A stretch of 64,000 nucleotides of DNA, taken from the IMG/VR virus record IMGVR_UViG_3300042473_001540, positions 124,001 to 188,000 of that record; one strand, 5' to 3'. Below, one piece after another: positions 28,080 through 37,151 of this stretch (position 1 is its first letter; every line of letters starts with the position of its first letter). Below the pieces are notes generated by a model that saw nothing but the letters and a program-made list of their open reading frames with translations, was not told the origin of the DNA and made no database searches. A program made the position numbers and the translations under genes.

Positions 28080-28283
28080 ATGAAATCCCAAAAAACTCGA
28101 ATATATGAGCCTACTGAACTCAAAACTTTATTTGAAGCATTGAACAGTGCACCACCTTGGCTAAGTCGAAGGTTCATACTCAAGAACATGATGGGTTGGA
28201 CTGATGATGATTTGAAACAAAATGCCATCCTGGTTGACGAAGAGACAACACAACGCAAAATGGGTAACAAAGGGAGTTATTGA
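28080..28283 (+). CDS. small protein resembling the C-terminal segment of gp20-type portal protein
   Basis: PWLSRRFILKNMMGWTDDDLKQN...DEE resembles the portal Y.S..F.LK..L..T.EEI..N....EE segment. Confidence 0.45.
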   Translation: MKSQKTRIYEPTELKTLFEALNSAPPWLSRRFILKNMMGWTDDDLKQNAILVDEETTQRKMGNKGSY

Positions 28284-29038
28284 AAATGACAGCAACAGCT
28301 ATTAAGGATGCAATTTCTGATCTTGCAAAGAACGTGATCAGTACTGGCTTTTACGAAAAAATCAAGGTGTCTGGTGGCGCCAAAACCAGCACCATTGAGG
28401 CTATTGACAAAGACAAACAAGTGATTCTCAAGGCTGAAACTTTGCATCCTGTGGACGGCTGGGCTGGAGAATTTGGCCTTGCCAATCTAGGCTTGCTCAA
28501 CAGCATTGTGAATGATTCCGAGTTTGCCCACAAAGACAGCAAGCTTGAACTAGTGCTTACTGAGCGTGAAGGTGTAGACGTTCCCACTGAGATGCACTAC
28601 ACAAACAAGAGCAATAGTTTCATCAATTATCGCTTCCTAGCAAAAAACATGGTCCCAGATCAACCCAAGTACATGGAACCACAGTGGGACGTGAAAATCA
28701 AACCCAGCAAAAGCAACATTCAACAGTTCAATTGGGCTGCTGGCAGTCTCAGCAGCTACGAGCAATACTTCATTCCCAAGACAGTTGATGGTAACCTCAA
28801 GTTTTTCATTGGAGATGAAGGTGCAGCTACTCAACGCGGCGGTGTAGTGTTTGCTACAGGGGTTACGGGCGAGTTTGAAAGCTCACACAAATGGCCTATT
28901 GCTCTTGTATCTGCACTTTTGAAGCTGGTTGATGGTGCTGATGCTGAAATGAGCTTCTCCGTCAAGGGTGCTATTCAGCTCAAGCTCAATACTGGCATTA
29001 CCACATACAAGTATGTGCTGCCAGCAAAGCTGCGCTAA
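28280..29038 (+). CDS. DNA polymerase sliding clamp (gp45-like)
   Basis: ~250 aa, GEFGLANL..L, NYRFL, C-terminal YKYVLPA; replication block context. Confidence 0.7.
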   Translation: MKMTATAIKDAISDLAKNVISTGFYEKIKVSGGAKTSTIEAIDKDKQVILKAETLHPVDGWAGEFGLANLGLLNSIVNDSEFAHKDSKLELVLTEREGVDVPTEMHYTNKSNSFINYRFLAKNMVPDQPKYMEPQWDVKIKPSKSNIQQFNWAAGSLSSYEQYFIPKTVDGNLKFFIGDEGAATQRGGVVFATGVTGEFESSHKWPIALVSALLKLVDGADAEMSFSVKGAIQLKLNTGITTYKYVLPAKLR

Positions 29039-29048
29039 TAGGACACAG

Positions 29049-29074
29049 TGGGCACCCCACAGTGCCCATTTTTT
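29049..29074 (+). terminator. intrinsic terminator
   Basis: TGGGCAC-N6-GTGCCCA followed by T6. Confidence 0.75.
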
Positions 29075-29085
29075 GGAGACTGCTT

Positions 29086-29616
29086 GTGCCAGTTGAACAC
29101 GAACGCAAAATGCTCCTGCGACCTGAAAGCCCGCAGGAGCTACTACGACATTTGAAACGCCAACCCCTTGTGCAAACCTTTGAAATAACACAGGGTTATA
29201 TCAACAAAAGTGCAAGAATTCGACATGTGGTACCACACAATGGTGATGCAGAAACGCATTGGTTCACTTTCAAAACCAAGGTTACTGGAAATACAGTGGA
29301 GATCGAAACAGAAATTTCAATCCACGACTATCACAAACTTTTCTTGATAGCTAAACCCGTAATCCACAAAACTCGCTGCAAGTTTCAAGAAGGGTTGAAC
29401 TGTTGGGACGTGGATTTTTTCAAAAATCCCAAAAGCGGCGACATTTATTTGAGCATGGCAGAAGTGGAAATGCCAGAATTTGAGTTAGACCTTCCTGAGG
29501 TTCATCCTCTCTTACAGGAGAATTTTTGGCGCTGGATTGACGCAAACGACAAGAGGTTTCAGAACAAGAATCTTAGTAACTATAAAAAAGTTTTGATGAA
29601 CCTGAAAGGTCTATAA
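29086..29616 (+). CDS. CYTH/triphosphate-tunnel metalloenzyme
   Basis: EHERK (ExExK), ITQGY, RIR, EIETEI, KTR, WDVDFF, AEVE. Confidence 0.85.
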   Translation: MPVEHERKMLLRPESPQELLRHLKRQPLVQTFEITQGYINKSARIRHVVPHNGDAETHWFTFKTKVTGNTVEIETEISIHDYHKLFLIAKPVIHKTRCKFQEGLNCWDVDFFKNPKSGDIYLSMAEVEMPEFELDLPEVHPLLQENFWRWIDANDKRFQNKNLSNYKKVLMNLKGL

Positions 29617-30404
29617 TGCCAAACAGCAAATATCGTAGCATCTTCATAAGCGATACGCATCTTGGTAGTCGTGCATGCCAAGCTGAGCTACTTGTGGAGT
29701 TTTTGAAACACAACTCCTGCCAAAATCTATACCTCGTTGGTGACATATTTGATTTGTGGAAATTGAAAAGCAGCAAATTCTGGCCACAAACACATAGCAA
29801 TGTGGTTCGAAGAATTCTCACTGCGGCCAAGAGAGGCACACAGGTGAGATATGTTTTAGGTAATCATGATGAGTACCTTCGAGCATGGATTCCAGACATA
29901 CACACTTTTGGCAACATTGAGCTGGGCAATGCCTTTGAACATCACTCTGTTCATGGGCAGAGATTTTTGGTAACACACGGTGATTTGTTTGACGGTGTAA
30001 TTCGATATCACAAATGGCTTAGCTTGATGGGCGACAAAGCACACAGTTTTTTACTGTGGTTGAACACACATTTGAATCATATGCGCCGGTTTTTTGGAAA
30101 AGATTATTGGAGTCTAAGTTCATACCTTAAAACAAACACGAAACAAGCTGTTGCATTTATCACCAAATACGAGCAACATGTAGTACAATATGCTCGGGAC
30201 GAAGCATTTCATGGAGTAATTTGTGGCCATATTCATTCTCCATCGTTGAAAACGTTTGAGGATGGGTTTGTGTATATGAATTGTGGTGATTTTTGTGAAA
30301 CTGTGTCAGCTTTGGTTGAAAACTTTGATGGCTCAATAGAGCTACTGGTTTACGACACTGAAACAAAAAGTATGATGACGAAAAACACATGGAGCCTTGA
30401 ATGA
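29616..30404 (+). CDS. metallophosphoesterase, UDP-2,3-diacylglucosamine hydrolase (LpxH)-like
   Basis: ISDTHLG, LVGDIFD, GNHD, HGDLFD, CGHIH, YMNCGD. Confidence 0.9.
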   Translation: MPNSKYRSIFISDTHLGSRACQAELLVEFLKHNSCQNLYLVGDIFDLWKLKSSKFWPQTHSNVVRRILTAAKRGTQVRYVLGNHDEYLRAWIPDIHTFGNIELGNAFEHHSVHGQRFLVTHGDLFDGVIRYHKWLSLMGDKAHSFLLWLNTHLNHMRRFFGKDYWSLSSYLKTNTKQAVAFITKYEQHVVQYARDEAFHGVICGHIHSPSLKTFEDGFVYMNCGDFCETVSALVENFDGSIELLVYDTETKSMMTKNTWSLE

Positions 30405-31393
30405 GACTTGTGATTGTTGATGACAACTGCCAAGACCAAGTGAATGGTGTTGTAACTACAATGAATGCAGTGAAAAAACAAATGTTTTCTCGAGGCATAC
30501 AGAATCTCATTCACATCACTCCTGATCAAATGATGTCTATGCCTGCATTGGTATATCCAGGTGCTCGCATACCATTGAATTTTTGGAATTTGAAAAAAAG
30601 AATAGAGGCGTATGAACCCACACACTTGCACATTTGTACAGAAGGTGTGCTGGGCTTAACTGCTAGGCAATTTTTTCAAAACAAAAATTGGCGCTACACA
30701 ACTAGCTTTCACACAAGATGGGATCACTATCTCAAGGAAAAATTTGGTGTGCCGGCCCTCAAAACCATGAGGTATCTCAAATGGTTTCATCAAAATAGTG
30801 CAGCAACTTTGGTCAACACTCCTACTATGCAAAGAGAGATGGTGTCGCTTGGCCTGTCTCAAGCCATCACATGGTCACGGGGAGTCAACACCCAACTGTT
30901 TCAATTTAATGACCGCAAGTGTGACACCAAGCCCACATTGTTGAGTGTTGGTCGAATCAGTGCTGAGAAAAATTTAGAGGTGTTTTGTAGCCTATCAGCA
31001 GAAAAATACAATCTAGTGTGTGTTGGTGATGGCCCTGATCTCAAGCGGTTACAGAACAAATACCCCTGGGTGACATTTACTGGGCAATTGAGCGGTAAGC
31101 AACTGGTACAGCAGTTCCAAAATGCTGACTGCTTTGTTTTCACCAGCAAAAGTGACACGTTTGGGTTGGTTATGATTGAAAGCATGAGTGTTGGTACTCC
31201 TGTTGCAGCATTTCCTGTGCAGGGTCCAATAGATGTTGTAGATGATGGGGTGACTGGTGTGCTAAATGAGGATATTCAGACAGCTATCTCGCAATGTTTG
31301 ACATTGAGTCGAAAAACTGTTTTTGAAGGCAGCAAGCGATGGAGTTGGGAAAAAACAACTGATATCTTTGTTGATACGCTGGTACCCAAATGA
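30401..31393 (+). CDS. GT4 family glycosyltransferase
   Basis: QVNGVVTT, EGVLG, VGRISAEKN, SDTFGLVMIESM..GTPV. Confidence 0.9.
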   Translation: MRLVIVDDNCQDQVNGVVTTMNAVKKQMFSRGIQNLIHITPDQMMSMPALVYPGARIPLNFWNLKKRIEAYEPTHLHICTEGVLGLTARQFFQNKNWRYTTSFHTRWDHYLKEKFGVPALKTMRYLKWFHQNSAATLVNTPTMQREMVSLGLSQAITWSRGVNTQLFQFNDRKCDTKPTLLSVGRISAEKNLEVFCSLSAEKYNLVCVGDGPDLKRLQNKYPWVTFTGQLSGKQLVQQFQNADCFVFTSKSDTFGLVMIESMSVGTPVAAFPVQGPIDVVDDGVTGVLNEDIQTAISQCLTLSRKTVFEGSKRWSWEKTTDIFVDTLVPK

Positions 31394-31617
31394 AACATAA
31401 AAAAACCATTCCATCAAATTTTCCCACTCTCAAATGTGTTGCATGCGGCACAAGCTGTGAGCCTTACAGGAAATACGTTTGTGACAATGATGGGGCAGTA
31501 GTCCATACTCAAAGTGACATTTGGCCAGAATATTTCCGTGACATGGGGACCACCCGTATTGAGTTTTGTAGTGCACAATGTGGCCTCAAATATTGCACAG
31601 TAAATCAATTGGTGTAG
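31390..31617 (+). CDS. small Cys-containing (zinc-finger-like) protein
   Basis: CVAC...FCSAQC; ATGA overlap with upstream gene. Confidence 0.6.
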   Translation: MKHKKTIPSNFPTLKCVACGTSCEPYRKYVCDNDGAVVHTQSDIWPEYFRDMGTTRIEFCSAQCGLKYCTVNQLV

Positions 31618-31673
31618 CGGTTGATTTAGCTGACTACAGCATATAATCTGAACACATAACAAAGAGAGAAATA

Positions 31674-32045
31674 ATGACAGAACCAACTACAAGAAAAATC
31701 TACGTGACTTTTCAACGTGAAGGGATTCACAAGTATCCAGCAGCTGGAACTGACCCCTCCCTTGCAGATGTAAATTTTCTTCAATATCCGCATAGGCACA
31801 TGTTTCATTTCAAGGTTGGAATTGGCGTCAATCACCTAGACCGAGACATTGAATTTATCATTTTCAAGCGTTGGCTGGAAAGTCTCTATGGTGATGGTGT
31901 GATCCAACTGGATTTCAAAAGCTGCGAGATGATCGCCGAAGACCTCTACGCCCAAATCTCTGCTCGCTATCCAGGTCGTGCAGTGAGCATTGACGTTAGT
32001 GAAGATGGTGAGAATGGGGCTGTGCTAGCCTGGGACGCTGCATAA
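31674..32045 (+). CDS. T-fold QueD paralog (DpdL-like)
   Basis: LQYPHRHMF (LxxxHRHxF instead of QueD CxxxHGH), DIEF, SCEMIA, VSEDGENG. Confidence 0.75.
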   Translation: MTEPTTRKIYVTFQREGIHKYPAAGTDPSLADVNFLQYPHRHMFHFKVGIGVNHLDRDIEFIIFKRWLESLYGDGVIQLDFKSCEMIAEDLYAQISARYPGRAVSIDVSEDGENGAVLAWDAA

Positions 32046-32060
32046 CCACCAAGGATTGCT

Positions 32061-32122
32061 ATACAAAGTATTTGAGCGCCAGGAGATCGAGATAGGATTG
32101 TGCTGGCTCAAATACTTTGTAT
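32061..32122. repeat. 17-bp perfect inverted repeat forming a long intergenic hairpin
   Basis: ATACAAAGTATTTGAGC 32061-32077 / GCTCAAATACTTTGTAT 32106-32122. Confidence 0.85.
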
Positions 32123-32215
32123 TGGCGATAACCTTATAATTTTCAATGCTATAATTGTCAAAAACTCCTGTGGTTTATATACTATCTCTATTAGAGAATA
32201 TTTGAAGGATCAAAA

Positions 32216-33304
32216 ATGCCCAATGTATTTGTATGGCCTATCGAGCCATTGGATAATCGCTACACCCAACAATGGTATCACGAGATTCCGTTGCGGCTCC
32301 AAGAAATAGTTGGAAATGCAGCAAAAGTAATCCAACTTGATGGGGTCCAAAACACTACAAGCACCACATCTGGTGCATTTTTGAATTTCAGCGACACCAA
32401 CAGATGGAAAAGCACTCAACTGGTTGAGTTTCTCAACAAACATGATGCTGGAGAAACAACTCCAAATGATGTGCATTTGTTCACTGACGCTTGGAATCCA
32501 GTGATTCTGCAAGTCAAGTATATGAATGATCTCATGGGATATAATTGGAACATACAAGGTTACTGGCATGCTGGAGCATACGATCCCACTGATATCCTTG
32601 GATATAAAATGAGCAAACCGTGGCCCTGGCTAGCTGAGCAGGCACTGTTTCATGCCTGCGATGAGAATTGGTATGCAACAGATTTTCATAAAAAAATGTT
32701 TTTGAGCAATCTGGGCATCAGCAATGAATATCATCACAAAGCCAAAACTAGTGGGCAACCACACTCTGCTATTGTCAAACAAATGCAAGATATTATGCAG
32801 GACAGCCGAGAGAGGAAACAGGGCGTTATTTGGCCACACCGTTACAATCCAGATAAGCAGCCTGAAATTGCTGAAGATCTCTCCAACAGCATGAAACAGC
32901 CTTGGTGTATTACACAAAAAATGAATCTCAACAAAAGCAGTTATTACGAAAAGCTGGCTGACTGCCAAGTAATTTTTTCCTGTAGCTTGCATGAAAACTT
33001 GGGCATCAGTGTAATGGAAGCTGTGCTGGCAGATGTGATCCCAGTGCTGCCCAATCGGTGCAGCTACAGCGAAATGTATCATCCTGATTTTCTCTATCCC
33101 AGCAACTGGACTCAAGATTGGGAAAGTTATCAAACACACAAACAACAATTGACTGAATTTATTCAGTACAGATTGAATCACCCCAAAAAGTTCAGTAGGC
33201 AGTTGGAAAAGCAAAAGAAAGTGCTCTTACAAAAATATCTTTCAGCTAGCGTAATGTTTGAAAACATCAGCAACACAGTTGCTAGATCAACCACAGTAAA
33301 GTAA
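32216..33304 (+). CDS. GT-B glycosyltransferase, GTDC1/QTMAN-like C-terminal domain
   Basis: WPHRYNPDKQPE and YY..L....VIFSCSLHENLGISVMEAV...PVLPNRCSYSEM...FLY. Confidence 0.75.
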   Translation: MPNVFVWPIEPLDNRYTQQWYHEIPLRLQEIVGNAAKVIQLDGVQNTTSTTSGAFLNFSDTNRWKSTQLVEFLNKHDAGETTPNDVHLFTDAWNPVILQVKYMNDLMGYNWNIQGYWHAGAYDPTDILGYKMSKPWPWLAEQALFHACDENWYATDFHKKMFLSNLGISNEYHHKAKTSGQPHSAIVKQMQDIMQDSRERKQGVIWPHRYNPDKQPEIAEDLSNSMKQPWCITQKMNLNKSSYYEKLADCQVIFSCSLHENLGISVMEAVLADVIPVLPNRCSYSEMYHPDFLYPSNWTQDWESYQTHKQQLTEFIQYRLNHPKKFSRQLEKQKKVLLQKYLSASVMFENISNTVARSTTVK

Positions 33305-33313
33305 GATATATCT

Positions 33314-34972
33314 ATGACAAAACTTTCCAGCCCCAACCCACATTTGAAAAAAATTGATCAAAACATGCAACCTGTGGTGGGTAGAGACATGTGGACCACC
33401 AACAAGGACTATGCTATTTTTCTTCCTTCAATCTCAGCGATCTATGTGCGACTAGTAAGTCAGCCCAACGCTCGCACAGTCAAGGGGCTGCCGGGTGGAT
33501 TGCAGGATTTGGACTTTCTGCAAACCAATACCAACTTATTTTATTATCCCACTGCACTCTACAGCAGCGGTCACAGTTATTGGGATCCTGCTCAAAGTGA
33601 TATCCAAGAAGCTATGGTGCAAAAGCGAGACAAAAACGCCTCAGTAATTGTGGGCGACAGTGGTGGTTATCAGATTGCTACTGGCGTTCTCAAATGGCCT
33701 TGGCAGAAAAAAGAAAAGCAAACTGATCAAGACTGGATGAAGGACAAAGACGCCATTAGGATGAAAATCCTACGCTGGCTTGAACACACTTGTGACTACA
33801 GTATGGTATTAGATGTCCCCACAGGCAGCTTGTTGAAGTTTGGTAACGATCCCATCACAGGTGAGAACCTACATCCTGGGGTTAAGAACTTTAGAGACTG
33901 TCTTGAAAGCAGTATGGAGAATCACAACTTTTTCATCAAAAATCGTCGGGAAGGTAGTACACAATTTTTGAATGTGTTGCAGGGGCGCAATCAAGAAGAA
34001 GGTGACATTTGGTGGGACGTTGTGAAAGATCTTCCTTTTGAAACCTGGGCATTCAGTAATGTGCAAGCCAGCAACTTTGCTATAAATCTCCGTCGGATCA
34101 TTATCATGCGAGATGGCAAGTATTTGGATAACAGAGATTGGATCCATTATCTAGGCAATGGCAAAATCAAGGCAGGCTGCGCTCTTACTACACTTCAACG
34201 AGTGTGGAGAAAGCACATCAACGAGCGTACAACTCTCAGTTACGATGCAGCAAGTCCTTTTGTGAACGTAGCAAAAGGCAACATCTACTACAGTTGGGAA
34301 GTAAGTCCGCAAAGCATTGCATATAAAAACAACTCGTTGCCAGACAAAAAAGAGCTTAAGGGCAGTCAAGAACTGTTTCAAGACTGGATCAATCGCCACA
34401 ATCAAAAACATGCTGTTCGCGAAAGCAGCATTGGCAAGCGGATCACCATTGGTGATATCTGTGTCAAAGGTTATGAAGATCTCAATTTCAAAAAACAAGC
34501 TTTTTCACAAAAAGAGTTTGAAAGCTTGTTGTATCAACAAAGCTTGGAAGGCGTTCATGGCGAGAAGTTTCGCTACAGTGATGAATACAAACATTATCTT
34601 ATGCATGAGCACACTGACCACGGCAGCGGCATGTTTGATTGGGGCAAGAAAGAGTTTAAGGACCATGAAAAGTATCAGGTCAAATGGCCCAGCAGCATGG
34701 ATGGTCTCAGCTATGTGCTGGGCATGAGCCACAATGTTGAGCTTCATATTGAAGCTATTCAACATGCATGTGCAATGCAAGACCTGCCAATGGAGGAGAG
34801 GAAACATCACATCAGCGAAGACTTGATTGAATTTGCTGGGGGACTTTGTGAAGAGATCTTCACTAGTGAAAAACCCATGCAACTGATTGAAAAACATTCT
34901 GCTATGTTAGCCAAAATCACAGGAATGAACGCTGATAACAACATTGTCATGGATTTTGATGAATTTGAATAG
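33314..34972 (+). CDS. divergent guanine transglycosylase (TGT/DpdA superfamily)
   Basis: GDSGGYQI, LDVP, VLQG, HYLG, SYDAASP, HNV; no CxCxxC zinc site; flanked by QueD-like and folE genes. Confidence 0.75.
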   Translation: MTKLSSPNPHLKKIDQNMQPVVGRDMWTTNKDYAIFLPSISAIYVRLVSQPNARTVKGLPGGLQDLDFLQTNTNLFYYPTALYSSGHSYWDPAQSDIQEAMVQKRDKNASVIVGDSGGYQIATGVLKWPWQKKEKQTDQDWMKDKDAIRMKILRWLEHTCDYSMVLDVPTGSLLKFGNDPITGENLHPGVKNFRDCLESSMENHNFFIKNRREGSTQFLNVLQGRNQEEGDIWWDVVKDLPFETWAFSNVQASNFAINLRRIIIMRDGKYLDNRDWIHYLGNGKIKAGCALTTLQRVWRKHINERTTLSYDAASPFVNVAKGNIYYSWEVSPQSIAYKNNSLPDKKELKGSQELFQDWINRHNQKHAVRESSIGKRITIGDICVKGYEDLNFKKQAFSQKEFESLLYQQSLEGVHGEKFRYSDEYKHYLMHEHTDHGSGMFDWGKKEFKDHEKYQVKWPSSMDGLSYVLGMSHNVELHIEAIQHACAMQDLPMEERKHHISEDLIEFAGGLCEEIFTSEKPMQLIEKHSAMLAKITGMNADNNIVMDFDEFE

Positions 34973-34992
34973 CAATAACACAATTTTTGTGT

Positions 34993-35075
34993 TATAAATA
35001 GTCTGCTACATTACGGTAGCAAATTGGTGGAAACACCCGTTGTGCATAAACGACAGATGCTTTGAAAGGAAAGAT
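34993..35075 (+). promoter_or_regulatory. late promoter and structured leader of folE
   Basis: TATAAATA 34993-35000; TGCTAC/GTAGCA stem, GGTG-GAAA-CACC tetraloop, CGTT/AACG stem; AAGGA SD. Confidence 0.5.
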
Positions 35076-35756
35076 ATGAGCTATAATCGCACAAAATGTG
35101 ATCCTGAACTGGGTCGCAAAGTACATGAATACCTAGTTTCCAAAGGGGTTGAAACCCCAACAGTGGAAAATTCCCTAAGCCGCACAGACAAAATTGATAT
35201 TATTGAACGCAAGTTCAAGGACATCATGGAAACAATGGGCTTGAATCTATCAGATGATAGTTTGGCTGAAACGCCGACACGAGTGGCTCGCATGTTTATC
35301 CAGGAACTTTTTTGGGGTCTTGATTGGGAAGCTTTCCCCAAGTGCACCACTGTTGCCAACAAAATGGGCTATGATGAAATGGTGTGTGAACGAAATGTCA
35401 CTGTCAAAAGTGCCTGCGAACATCACTTCATTGTGATTGATGGTGTAGCAACTGTGGCTTATATTCCCAAAGAAAAGGTATTGGGCCTAAGCAAGATCAA
35501 TCGAATTGTCGAATACTTTAGCCGCCGACCACAAATTCAAGAGCGTTTGACTGAGCAGATCTTTCATGCAATGGAATATATCCTGGAAACCGATAGCATT
35601 GCTGTCGTCATTCACGGCAAGCACTATTGCGTAAGTCATCGTGGCGTTGAAGATGATTGCAGCAGCACAGTTACCAGCAAGCTGGGTGGTGCGTTCAAAC
35701 AGGATCCCAGTGCTCGTGCTGAATTTATGAAGATGGTTGACTTGACCTCTCTCTAA
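35076..35756 (+). CDS. folE: GTP cyclohydrolase I
   Basis: ETPTRVARM, SACEHHF, GLSKINR, RPQIQERLT, HYC...RG. Confidence 0.96.
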   Translation: MSYNRTKCDPELGRKVHEYLVSKGVETPTVENSLSRTDKIDIIERKFKDIMETMGLNLSDDSLAETPTRVARMFIQELFWGLDWEAFPKCTTVANKMGYDEMVCERNVTVKSACEHHFIVIDGVATVAYIPKEKVLGLSKINRIVEYFSRRPQIQERLTEQIFHAMEYILETDSIAVVIHGKHYCVSHRGVEDDCSSTVTSKLGGAFKQDPSARAEFMKMVDLTSL

Positions 35757-35795
35757 TACAACAGTTATTGTAACAGAGAATTTTTAGGTCAAAAT

Positions 35796-36080
35796 ATGAA
35801 AATCATCAACAGTAGATATAGAGAGTGGAATGTGTTGCCCGAGAGTGTTCGGGCAATACTCATTCACAATCAATTACTCCTTAGCTTCGAAGAGCTTTAC
35901 AAGCCATCCAACCAACGTTATGAACCCAGTTATGAACTGTTGTTCAATTGGTGTGTGGAAAATTGCACCAATATTTGGTCCACAGAAAAAATCAGCTATG
36001 AGAGTTTTCGGTTCAGTTTTTGGGCTGTGGAAGATCAAGCTCGTTTTATAGAGTTTTTGCAATCGCCCAGAGGTTCCTGA
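35796..36080 (+). CDS. small Trp-containing phage protein (related to 9.2-10.4 kb family)
   Basis: NWCVENC..IW...FSFWAVEDQARF. Confidence 0.6.
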   Translation: MKIINSRYREWNVLPESVRAILIHNQLLLSFEELYKPSNQRYEPSYELLFNWCVENCTNIWSTEKISYESFRFSFWAVEDQARFIEFLQSPRGS

Positions 36081-36535
36081 TGGCCTCTAATATTTTTAAG
36101 GTAACCAGTGTCTGTCAAGGCAGTGTAACCGGTATCACAGTGAATAACCTTGGATCAGGTTACACGGTTGGTACGTTACTGACATTTGGTAGCAGTAATG
36201 CCAGGCCTACTCAAGCATTGCGAGTTGACAATGACTATGGCGAAACCATCTTAAGCATCAGCATACAAGGTGAGGTCACTTGGCATCAAAACCATCCCAC
36301 TAAGGCAGCATCTAAGTTGGTAGACAGTTTGCAGAACTGCATTGACATAAAAGCCGCTGGGGAAGTAGCTATAGCAAGAAGTTATCTACAAGGGGTTAAA
36401 AAGTGTTTGAGGATAGCTAAACAAGTTTCCCATGAGGACCTGATTAGGCCATTGGAAACAGAAGTTGAGCATAGAGAAGGGAAACTCACTTGGCAGGCGT
36501 TAAACAACAGTTTGGAGAATCAAAATGACACATGA
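36080..36535 (+). CDS. hypothetical protein
   Basis: ORF coupled to both neighbours; N-terminal VTGITVNN.GSGY motif typical of phage structural repeats. Confidence 0.55.
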   Translation: MASNIFKVTSVCQGSVTGITVNNLGSGYTVGTLLTFGSSNARPTQALRVDNDYGETILSISIQGEVTWHQNHPTKAASKLVDSLQNCIDIKAAGEVAIARSYLQGVKKCLRIAKQVSHEDLIRPLETEVEHREGKLTWQALNNSLENQNDT

Positions 36536-37106
36536 AACCAGTAAAGCTGTTATGAGAAGGCTCTCTGACAGCAGATTTATTACTCGATATTTCGTAGGCA
36601 ATGGCATTGACATTGGTGCTGGGGATGACCCAGTCAGCAATTACAAAGATTTTTTTCCAGGAATGCAGCAGGTGAGAAATTGGGACCTACCTGATGGTGA
36701 TGCGCAGTTGATGGCAGGTGTAGCTGACAACAGTTTTGATTGGTTACTCAGCAGCCATTGTCTTGAGCACATGAGAGACCCTACAGAAGCTATGAGAAAC
36801 TGGAGCAGAATTTTGCAACCAGGTGGGCATATGGTCCTATTGGTTCCAGATGAAGACCTTTATGAACAAGGGGTTTTTCCCAGTCGTTTCAACTGGGATC
36901 ACAAAACTACTTGGACAATTCAAAAAAATCTCAGCTGGAGTCCTGTTTCTGTAAGCTGCACAAGTTTCCTAGCCAACTTTCCCGAACTCACTATCTTGAA
37001 GCTTGAGCTTTTGGATGCCAGTTATCGATACCATATTCAAAATCAAGATCAAACACTGACACCCATTGGTGAATCAGCTATCGAAATCATTCTTAGGAAA
37101 AAGTGA
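36525..37106 (+). CDS. class I SAM-dependent methyltransferase
   Basis: GIDIGAG, FD..LSSHCLEH, RILQPGG. Confidence 0.88.
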   Translation: MTHETSKAVMRRLSDSRFITRYFVGNGIDIGAGDDPVSNYKDFFPGMQQVRNWDLPDGDAQLMAGVADNSFDWLLSSHCLEHMRDPTEAMRNWSRILQPGGHMVLLVPDEDLYEQGVFPSRFNWDHKTTWTIQKNLSWSPVSVSCTSFLANFPELTILKLELLDASYRYHIQNQDQTLTPIGESAIEIILRKK

Positions 37107-37151
37107 CAATCTTGCACGACTCTGGTATAGTTTTGAAATAGTTTTCTTGGG

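Noticed and set aside
33314-34972. Canonical bacterial tRNA-guanine transglycosylase (tgt)
   Set aside because: Much longer and divergent, lacks the zinc site; context fits a DpdA-like enzyme better, so no gene symbol was assigned.
34993-35075. preQ1 or THF-II riboswitch before folE
   Set aside because: I could not match either consensus by eye; kept only as an unclassified structured leader.
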